This document shows positions 53,795-61,088 of a DNA stretch of 64,000 bases, one piece after another. The notes under the pieces are model-generated. The model was not told the origin of the DNA. It made no database searches and saw only the letters and a program-made list of their open reading frames with translations. This stretch comes from an uncultured Actinomycetota bacterium. Its GTDB lineage: Bacteria > Actinomycetota > Actinomycetes > Actinomycetales > Dermatophilaceae. The position numbers and the translations under genes were made by a program. The stretch's first letter is position 1; each line of letters starts with the position of its first letter. Where the stretch lies: NCBI GenBank assembly GCA_963749585.1, contig CAVVNI010000003.1, forward strand, positions 550,695 to 614,694. Reading direction: 5' to 3'.

Positions 53795-55240
53795 ATGATC
53801 ATCAGCGCGCTCGATGTTCGGTCCCAGCTGTTCATCGGCGGAGAGTGGATCACGTCCGCGACCCGTCTGCCTGTCCACAACCCCGCGACCGGTGACGTGC
53901 TGGCCGAGGTCGCAGACGCCACGGTCGACGAGGCGCTCCAGGCCGTCGGATCGGCGTACGACGCGGCTGGCGGTTGGGCCGCCTCCTCGCCTCGCGAGCG
54001 AGCAGAGGTCCTGCGCCGCTCCTTCGAGATCATGACCGAGGAAATCGAGGATTGCGCGCGCCTCATCGTGCTCGAAAACGGCAAAGCGTGGAGCGACGCG
54101 ATGGGCGAGGCACGCTATGCCGCCGAGTTCTTCCGGTGGTTCTCTGAGGAGGCCTGTCGGGTGCCCGGTGACTTCCGGATGGCTCCCGGAGGAGACAAGA
54201 CAATCATCGTGGACCACCGCCCGCTGGGTGTCGCCTACCTGATCACCCCCTGGAACTTCCCTGCGGCGATGGCCACCCGGAAGTTGGCTCCAGCCTTGGC
54301 GGCTGGTTGCACCACGGTGCTCAAACCCGCCGCCGAAACTCCTCTGACCGCGCTGTGGGTGGCCGACGTGATGCAGCGGGCGGGGGCGCCAGCGGGCGTT
54401 GTCAATGTGATCCCGACGTCGGCGTCTGGCCCCGTCTCCGAGGCGGTGTTGGCCGACTCGCGCGTGGCTACGCTGTCGTTCACCGGTTCGACCTACGTCG
54501 GGAAGTTGCTGCTGTCGCAAACGGCGCAGCGAGTCCTGCCATCATCGATGGAGCTTGGCGGTAATGCCCCACTGATCGTCCTGGAGGGGGCTCTGGTCGA
54601 GCGCGCCGTCGAGGGGGCGTTGGTGGCCAAGATGCGTAACGGTGGGTGCGCCTGCACGGCGGCGAATCGGTTCTACGTCCACGAGTCACTGGCAGAGTCC
54701 TTCACGGCGCAGTTCCAGTCAGCGCTCGCCGCACTGCGAGTCGGCCCTGGGATCGAGAGGCACCATGAGCTTGGAGCGATGGTGAGCACCAAGGAGCGCG
54801 ACAAGATCCTCGATCTGGTGAGCCAAGCCGAGGCCGAAGGCGGGCGGAGCGTCACGGTGTCAGAAGCACCCAGCAGGGGCGCCTTCCTGGCTCCGCGCAT
54901 CGTGCACGACGTCGAGCAAGGCTCGGTGCTGACCCGCAACGAAATCTTCGGTCCGGTCGCGCCGATCGTGACGTTCAACTCCACGCAGGAGGCGATCTCG
55001 ATGGCCAACGACACAACGTATGGCCTGATTTCCTACGTGTTCGCGCAGAACGACGCTGAGGGCCTGCGAGTCGGCGCCCGGATGGAGTCGGGAATGGTCG
55101 CGGTCAACCGCGGTATCGCCTCCGATCCAGCCGCGCCGTTTGGCGGTTTCAAGGAGTCCGGTCTGGGCCGCGAGGGGGGTTTTGCCGGCATCCACGAGTT
55201 CCTGGAGACCCAGTACCTCGCCGTCGACCTGCGACCCTAG
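53795..55240 (+). CDS. NAD(P)-dependent aldehyde dehydrogenase (succinate-semialdehyde dehydrogenase-like)
   Basis: LFIGGEW......L.V.NPATG..LA.V.DA, ITPWNFP.AM..RK.APALAAGCT.VLKPA..TPLT, FTGST.VG, MELGGNAP, cysteine block GG.ACTAANR, EIFGPV. The start is uncertain (ATG 53795 or GTG 53786; the track ORF starts at 53714). Confidence 0.9.
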   Translation: MIISALDVRSQLFIGGEWITSATRLPVHNPATGDVLAEVADATVDEALQAVGSAYDAAGGWAASSPRERAEVLRRSFEIMTEEIEDCARLIVLENGKAWSDAMGEARYAAEFFRWFSEEACRVPGDFRMAPGGDKTIIVDHRPLGVAYLITPWNFPAAMATRKLAPALAAGCTTVLKPAAETPLTALWVADVMQRAGAPAGVVNVIPTSASGPVSEAVLADSRVATLSFTGSTYVGKLLLSQTAQRVLPSSMELGGNAPLIVLEGALVERAVEGALVAKMRNGGCACTAANRFYVHESLAESFTAQFQSALAALRVGPGIERHHELGAMVSTKERDKILDLVSQAEAEGGRSVTVSEAPSRGAFLAPRIVHDVEQGSVLTRNEIFGPVAPIVTFNSTQEAISMANDTTYGLISYVFAQNDAEGLRVGARMESGMVAVNRGIASDPAAPFGGFKESGLGREGGFAGIHEFLETQYLAVDLRP

Positions 55241-55316
55241 TTTCAACCGACGTGCCCTTTCTGACGAAGGTCCCTGGGGTGGTCGTCGCGTTGGTGCTTG
55301 ATGCGACCCTGATCTA

Positions 55317-56567
55317 ATGTCGGCTCACCAGATCAGCGATGCCGACCGTCGCCGGCTCCTTGGCGCCCGCCATCTGCTGACCGCGAGCGCTCGCACTGAT
55401 GACGTCGAGGCGATCTCGCGGTCGGTCGTGGCGCTGCACTCCACGGATCCGGTCAGCGTGTACCTCAGCGTTCTTGCCCGGATGCGCAACCCAGACCTGA
55501 ACTCCGTCGCGGAGGCGCTCTACACCCGTCGTTCGCTGATTCGGCACCACGCAATGCGGCGCACATTGTGGGTCGCCACAGCGGACACCGTGGCGCTGAT
55601 GCACCATGCCTGCACGCTCAAGATCGCTGACGTGGAACGTCGCAAGACCGAAGCCTTCTTGGCCACCTCGGGTATCTCCGAGCCGGGGCGGTGGTTGATC
55701 CACGCCAAGGATCGGGTATGCGACGTGCTGGCCGAGCGCGGCCCGACGAGCGCCCGCGACATTGGCAAGCTGTTGCCGGAGGTCGCTCGCCCTCTGACCA
55801 TGGCAGAGGGGAAGACCTATGCCGGCACTCAGGGAGCGCATTCACGAGTGCTGACCGGGCTCGGGTTCGAGGGGCGAGGCGTGCGCACTCGGCCCAGTGG
55901 CAGCTGGATCAACGGACAGTATGCGTGGGCGCGCATGCAGGAGTGGGCACCCGACCTGCATACCTCGCTGCTGGCCGACGCCGGCCACAACGACGTGAGC
56001 CAGATGCCAGCGCAGGCGGAGTTGGCGAGGCTGTGGTTGAGCCGGTTCGGTCCGGGCACGGAGCGCGACCTCTCGTGGTGGGCCGGCTGGACACTCGGGG
56101 ACACGCGGGCGGCTTTGGCAGCATGCGGCGCCGAAGCCGTGGAAGTACAGACCGGATCGGCTTGGGTGTTGCCGGAGGACATCGAGGTGCTGGGTGCGGG
56201 GAAGCGTGGCGTGAACGGTGAGTTCGCCGACGAGCCGTGGGTGGCCCTGCTGCCAGGTCTGGACCCGAGCGTGATGGGCTGGAAGGAACGGGGCTTCTAC
56301 CTGCCATCTGGTGGGGAGCGGGCGTGGGACACCTATGGCAACGCAGGGCCGACAGTGTGGGTCGACGGAGCGGTGGTTGGCGCGTGGGGGCAGGCCAACA
56401 GCGGCGAGATCCGGCTACGCTACTTCACCGACCTGCCGCTCGCCCGCCGACGTGAGATCGAGGATCGGGCCGCGCAGGTCGGCGAATGGCTCGGTGCGAC
56501 CCGGATCTCCTGGCGCTTTCCGGGCGCTATCAATGCCGAGTTGATCGCACGGCCGGGATCGAGCTGA
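55317..56567 (+). CDS. Winged-helix DUF1006 / HTH_42 superfamily protein (AlkZ/YcaQ-like DNA glycosylase family)
   Basis: 416 aa. N-terminal RRRLLGARHLLT......V.A..R.VVALHSTDP.SVYLS..AR, SL....AMR.TLW..., C-terminal WRFPG... Overall length and pattern are typical of this family. Confidence 0.75.
   Translation: MSAHQISDADRRRLLGARHLLTASARTDDVEAISRSVVALHSTDPVSVYLSVLARMRNPDLNSVAEALYTRRSLIRHHAMRRTLWVATADTVALMHHACTLKIADVERRKTEAFLATSGISEPGRWLIHAKDRVCDVLAERGPTSARDIGKLLPEVARPLTMAEGKTYAGTQGAHSRVLTGLGFEGRGVRTRPSGSWINGQYAWARMQEWAPDLHTSLLADAGHNDVSQMPAQAELARLWLSRFGPGTERDLSWWAGWTLGDTRAALAACGAEAVEVQTGSAWVLPEDIEVLGAGKRGVNGEFADEPWVALLPGLDPSVMGWKERGFYLPSGGERAWDTYGNAGPTVWVDGAVVGAWGQANSGEIRLRYFTDLPLARRREIEDRAAQVGEWLGATRISWRFPGAINAELIARPGSS
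55335..55412 (+). repeat. Right copy of the 78-bp imperfect direct repeat
   Basis: 72 of 78 positions identical to 40697-40774. It lies inside codons 7-32 of the intact alkZ/ycaQ-like gene. Confidence 0.85.
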
Positions 56568-56784
56568 TTGGACCGCCAACACTGAGCTGAATGTGCCGCC
56601 CATGGCATGCTGGCCTGCAGTCGGTCAGCACCGAGCCAAGGCACCGTCGATGTCACGTCGACTGCACCGGCCCTGAGCTCGCCAGATGAGCCGGCTACCC
56701 CGCGGCCGGGAACGAGGGCGCCACACGTAGCGTTGACTTCTTCGCACGGCAATTGCGGTGCCATGGAGAAAAGGGACTGTCCGT

Positions 56785-59520
56785 ATGTTGCCTGGTGCCG
56801 TCCGCGCCCTCGCCGCCATGGCGGGACTGCTGACCCTGGCAGCGCCGGTTGCGATCGCCGCGCCGGTGCTGTCAGCCGAGCCGGTGAACGCGGCCGAGGT
56901 GGCTGCGAGCGTGGAGAACCGGCAGGTCGATGTCGGAGCCGAGCCTGATGGCACGCAGGTGGCGCTGGATGTCGACATCTATCGAGACGACGCGGCCGAC
57001 GAGTCGGTCCCGGCGGTCATCTTGGGGCACGGGTTCGGCGGGAGCAAGGCTGACCTCGTGGACCAGGCTGAACGCCTAGCCGGCGAAGGGTATCTGGTGG
57101 TGGCCTACTCGGCGCGGGGGTTCGGCGCGTCCGGTGGGCGGGTGCATGTGAACGACCCAGACTTCGAGATCGCCGACGCGCAGGCACTGATCGACGTTCT
57201 GGCCGACGACCCGGGCGTGCAGCAGGACGGTGCGGGTGACCCGCGGGTCGCGCTCGTGGGTGGCAGCTACGGCGGGGCCATGGCACTGATGACAGCCGGC
57301 GCGGACGAGCGCGTCGATTCGGTGATCGCTCAGATCACCTGGAATGACCTGGCGGACGCGTTCTATCCGCAGTCGGCGGTCGGGGTCGACCAACCGGGAC
57401 CGTTCAAGAAGCTGTGGGCCTCCACCTTCTTCGCGTCGGTGGTGGCTGCTCCGTTGAACGGGCAAGCTGGCGAGGACCCCCAAGGAGCCGGCCAGGGAGC
57501 GGGCGGAGCTGCTGATGCCCAGAGCGGCGCCCTCATCGATCCACTGTGCGGGGCCTTCGACCCGGAGCTGTGTCAGCAGTTCATTGGGGCGATGGAGTCG
57601 GCCGAGGCCAACGAAGAGCTGATCGAGCAGCTTCGTCGGCACAGCCCGGCGCCCACGCTCGCAGATGTGACCGCGCCGACGTACCTGGTGCAGGGCATGT
57701 CGGACAGCCTGTTCGGGCTGGACCAAGCCGATGCCAATGCGCGGGTGCTGTTGGATGCCGGAGTGCCGACGGCGGTGAACTGGTTCAACGGGGGACACGG
57801 CGCCCAGACGTCGGTGCAGCCCCCGAGCAACGATGAGGAAGGCGGCCCGCCCGGGGACGATGGTGCCACTGTTGCCGGGGAGGGGATCGACCTCGAGCAG
57901 GAGCAAACCGACAATGCTCTGACGTGGCTCGATGGCACATTGCGGGCCTCCGAGCCGGTCACTCAGGAGACGCTGCCACTACCTGCCTTCAGCTATGTCG
58001 GGCCGCTGCCGAGCAACGGCCAGGCGCCCGAGGAGTACACCCTGGACGTCTACCCGGGTCTGAACGATGTTGGCTGGATGTCAGCCGATGGCGAGCAGGA
58101 AGCAGCAGGTGAGCGGACGTACCTCCCGCTCAGCGCGCAAGGGCCCCCTGCGCTTGCCAGTCCTCCGGGGGCCGTGCCCGAAGCCTTGACCACCATCCCG
58201 GGTGTCGGTGGCCTGCTGGGTGAGGTCTCCACATACGCGCTGGCTGCGCTGCCGGGCCAGTCCGTGGCCTTCGACACCGAGCCGCTCGACGAGGCACTCG
58301 TGGTGGCAGGGCAACCGCAGGTCAGTCTCGACGTCACGTCGACCGGACCGGCCAGCAGCTTGTTCGTTTCGCTGTGGGAGGTGCAGCCCGGTGGCCCGGT
58401 GTTGCCGCGGCGTCTCGTCGCCCCACTGGAGGTGGACGTCACGCCGGGGCAGTCGCAACGCGTGGAGATTGCTCTGCCGGCCGGCACCTGGGACATGCCT
58501 GCGGGCTCAACCTGGCGTGTGTTGGTCAGTGCGACCGACGGATCGTTCCGCGTCGACCCGACCACCCGACTGGACCAGGTCTCGCTCGCTGACCCCGCGC
58601 TGGGTTTGGCATTGCCGGTGAGTCAAGCCACCGCGGTCAGCCCGCCGAGCCGCTGGGACAACGAGACGATCGGCGTGGCGATCGCCTTGGGGACAGTGCT
58701 GTTGCTGTCGGCCATAGCCCTGATCCGGGCACGCACCCGGCCGCATCCGCAGGTTGCTCAATGGGCCGATGTGCCACTGGTCGTCAGCGGGTTGACCAAG
58801 GCCTACGCCGACGGTCACCTTGCCGTCGACGACGTGTCCTGGCGTGCGGAGAAGGGCCAAGTGGTCGGCTTGCTGGGCCCCAACGGCGCCGGCAAAACGA
58901 CCACCCTGCGGATGGTGATGGGCCTGATCGGACAAGACTCGGGAACGGTGCACGTCCTGGGTAGGCCGGTGTATGCCGGAGCGCCCGTGCTGCAGCGCGT
59001 CGGGTCTCTGGTCGAAGGGCCGGGTTTCTTGCCGCACCTGTCGGGGATGGATAACTTGCGGGCGTACTGGGCGGCGACAGGCAGACCCGCCCACGAGGCC
59101 CAGTTTGAGGAGGCCTTGGCGATTGCGGCCCTGGGCGACGCGGTACAACGACCGGTGAAGTCGTACAGCCAAGGGATGCGTCAACGTCTCGGCATAGCCC
59201 AGGCCATGCTCGGGATGCCCGAAGTGCTGATCCTGGACGAGCCGACCAATGGCCTCGACCCACCGCAGATCGCGGCGATGCGACCCATGTTGGCCGACTA
59301 TGCAGCTGCCGGGCGCACTGTCGTCATCTCAAGTCACCTGCTGGCCGAGGTCGAGATGACGTGTAGCCACGTTGTGGTGATGCACGCCGGAAGGGTGTTG
59401 GCGGCCGGCTCGGTGGCGGAGGTCGGCGTGGAGCAAGGACGCAACTTGGAAGAGGTCTTCTTGTCCACCATCGCCGGAGCGGCGCAGGGCGCGGCGTTGA
59501 ACGCGGTGCGGCCCCGATGA
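56785..59520 (+). CDS. Fusion protein: signal peptide + CocE/NonD (peptidase S15-like) alpha/beta hydrolase with C-terminal beta-sandwich domain + single TM helix + ABC transporter ATP-binding domain
   Basis: One uninterrupted ORF. Signal MLPGAVRALAAMAGLLTLAAPVAIA-AP. Hydrolase motifs ILGHGFGGSK, AYSARGFGASGG, nucleophile elbow VGGSYGG (Ser codon 57265-57267), VQGMSDSLF, NGGHG. Non-catalytic domain LVVAGQPQVSLDV.S......FVSLW.V.P.G. TM IGVAIALGTVLLLSAIALI (about 58668-58727). NBD has Walker A GPNGAGKTT, signature YSQGMRQRL, Walker B LILDEPTNGLD and H-loop SSHLL. The start is ATG 56785 (AAAGGGA upstream) or the track start 56758. Confidence 0.8.
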   Translation: MLPGAVRALAAMAGLLTLAAPVAIAAPVLSAEPVNAAEVAASVENRQVDVGAEPDGTQVALDVDIYRDDAADESVPAVILGHGFGGSKADLVDQAERLAGEGYLVVAYSARGFGASGGRVHVNDPDFEIADAQALIDVLADDPGVQQDGAGDPRVALVGGSYGGAMALMTAGADERVDSVIAQITWNDLADAFYPQSAVGVDQPGPFKKLWASTFFASVVAAPLNGQAGEDPQGAGQGAGGAADAQSGALIDPLCGAFDPELCQQFIGAMESAEANEELIEQLRRHSPAPTLADVTAPTYLVQGMSDSLFGLDQADANARVLLDAGVPTAVNWFNGGHGAQTSVQPPSNDEEGGPPGDDGATVAGEGIDLEQEQTDNALTWLDGTLRASEPVTQETLPLPAFSYVGPLPSNGQAPEEYTLDVYPGLNDVGWMSADGEQEAAGERTYLPLSAQGPPALASPPGAVPEALTTIPGVGGLLGEVSTYALAALPGQSVAFDTEPLDEALVVAGQPQVSLDVTSTGPASSLFVSLWEVQPGGPVLPRRLVAPLEVDVTPGQSQRVEIALPAGTWDMPAGSTWRVLVSATDGSFRVDPTTRLDQVSLADPALGLALPVSQATAVSPPSRWDNETIGVAIALGTVLLLSAIALIRARTRPHPQVAQWADVPLVVSGLTKAYADGHLAVDDVSWRAEKGQVVGLLGPNGAGKTTTLRMVMGLIGQDSGTVHVLGRPVYAGAPVLQRVGSLVEGPGFLPHLSGMDNLRAYWAATGRPAHEAQFEEALAIAALGDAVQRPVKSYSQGMRQRLGIAQAMLGMPEVLILDEPTNGLDPPQIAAMRPMLADYAAAGRTVVISSHLLAEVEMTCSHVVVMHAGRVLAAGSVAEVGVEQGRNLEEVFLSTIAGAAQGAALNAVRPR

Positions 59521-60326
59521 GCGCGGTGTTGACTCCTCGGGTCGAGGCCCGCAGGCAGCTGACCCGGCTGCGCACCCGGTGGACCTTCGCCGTGCTGTTC
59601 GTGTTGCCGTTGATCGTGGTCGGCGCCTACGCGCTCGGCGATGATGACGGTGGCGGTGCACGGTTTTCGGATCTGACCACAAGCGGCTCGGCCAACTTCG
59701 CCATCTTCATGGTGTTCGTCACCGCCGAGCTGTTGCTGCTCATCGTGGCAGCCCTGTTTGTCGGTGACCCGATTCCCTCGGAAGCCTCCTGGTCCTCGCT
59801 GCGCTATCTACTGACTGCGCCGGTGCCGCGGATGAAGCTGTTGACCAGCAAGCTCATCGTCGGTCTGGGTGGGACAGCGCTGGCGATGGTCACGCTCTTG
59901 GTGTGGGTGCTGCTGGTCGGCGGAGTGTTCTACGGCTGGTCGTCGTTGACCTTGCCGGTGGGCGGGGCCCTGGACTGGCCCACGTTCCTGGTCCGGTTGG
60001 CTGTCGCTGCGGCATACATCTTCGTCGCGCTGCTGCCCTTTGCCGCCATCGCGTTCTGGATGGGCGTGCGCACAGACGCCCCGCTCGGTGCCGTGGGGGT
60101 CGCAGTGCTGGCCGCGATCGTCTCGTCGATCCTCGATGCGCTGGACGCCCTCGGCGACTATCGGCGCGCGCTGCCGAACCACTACTCCAGGGAATGGGTG
60201 GGACTGCTCCAGGCAGAGGCTGACTACTGGGCGTTGCTGCCCGGAGTGCTGTGGGCTTCGCTGTGGGCCAGCGTGTTCATCGCGCTCGCCTACCGGCACT
60301 TCGCACGCAAAGATGTCCTGAGCTAG
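59517..60326 (+). CDS. ABC-2-type transporter permease
   Basis: 269 aa, about 6 TM helices, a large first extracytoplasmic loop region, typical ABC-2 layout. ATGA overlap with the fusion gene. Confidence 0.75.
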   Translation: MSAVLTPRVEARRQLTRLRTRWTFAVLFVLPLIVVGAYALGDDDGGGARFSDLTTSGSANFAIFMVFVTAELLLLIVAALFVGDPIPSEASWSSLRYLLTAPVPRMKLLTSKLIVGLGGTALAMVTLLVWVLLVGGVFYGWSSLTLPVGGALDWPTFLVRLAVAAAYIFVALLPFAAIAFWMGVRTDAPLGAVGVAVLAAIVSSILDALDALGDYRRALPNHYSREWVGLLQAEADYWALLPGVLWASLWASVFIALAYRHFARKDVLS

Positions 60327-60357
60327 AAGACCACGCCCTGTGGGCCTACGTGGCGCT

Positions 60358-60906
60358 CTAGCCGTCCAGTCCTTGTGGTGCCTCCGGTTGCCGGGCCCGG
60401 TCGACGCCGCGTGCGCGACTGTTCCTGATCCGCTTGCTGACCAGCGTCGCCGCGTACACCACCGCGATCGCACCGAGGCCCGCCAAAGCCAAGGGCGAGC
60501 CGGCGGCGGCGGCCACCGCTGCCTGCCAGACCGCGAAGCCGATCGTGGCATAGATCAACGCCCAGGCAGCTGCGCCGGGGACCTGCGCCGCCGTGAACCA
60601 CGACCACCGCAACCGCATCACTCCGGCGGCGGCGAGCACCAGCGTCTGAAAGCCGACGGTGAGATAGCTCAGCGGCACCACGATCAGTCCCCACCGCTGA
60701 ATCGAACGGCGTCCACGGGCCAGCCCTTCGCCTTGCAACCAGGTATGAACGCTGCGGCGCCACCCCTGCTGCGGATGAGTGCGTGCGAGTGTCCCTTCGA
60801 CGACGACGCGCGCGACCCAGTAAGTCAGCTGTCCGCGGAGCAGGGCGACCAGAAAAAGGAGCCCGAAAGTGAGCCAGAAGCCTTGGCCCAACCACCCTTC
60901 CGGCAT
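60358..60906 (-). CDS. DedA/VTT-domain family membrane protein
   Basis: FLVALLRGQLTYWVAR........, RWG...V.LSYLTVG.QT.V..AAG..R..W..F. The start is taken at MPEGW (ATG 60906). Confidence 0.7.
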   Translation of the reverse strand: MPEGWLGQGFWLTFGLLFLVALLRGQLTYWVARVVVEGTLARTHPQQGWRRSVHTWLQGEGLARGRRSIQRWGLIVVPLSYLTVGFQTLVLAAAGVMRLRWSWFTAAQVPGAAAWALIYATIGFAVWQAAVAAAAGSPLALAGLGAIAVVYAATLVSKRIRNSRARGVDRARQPEAPQGLDG

Positions 60907-61088
60907 GGCGACATCATCGCACGCGGCGAGGTTCACACAGCGGTCACGCCGGGGCAGCAACCCGGTCAGGGCCTGCCCGGTGGCCTAGGCTGATGGCGTC
61001 CCTGCGCATGTGTTCCGCAGCGGGACGCTAGTTCCCTTCATCAGGCACGATGGGTGATGACCACCCGGGGCGAGATAGAGGACAACCG

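Larger units (their letters stand above)
40775..55316. mobile_element. Putative horizontally acquired catabolic island between the direct repeats (no recombinase present)
   Basis: Bracketed by the 78-bp repeat. Spot GC counts of 60-nt lines inside were 50, 55, 62, 63 and 68%, against 63, 70 and 75% outside. More A/T-ending codons, self-contained regulators plus transporter plus enzymes, and long AT-richer intergenic regions (45777-45954, 46648-46875). Confidence 0.4.

Noticed and set aside
58765-58775. An internal GTG (..ADVPLVV..) that could start a separate ABC ATPase, making the hydrolase and the NBD two proteins.
   Set aside because: No stop codon separates the domains and no Shine-Dalgarno-like sequence precedes the GTG, so the fusion is what the sequence encodes. 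Internal initiation cannot be excluded and is listed as a check under the fusion finding.
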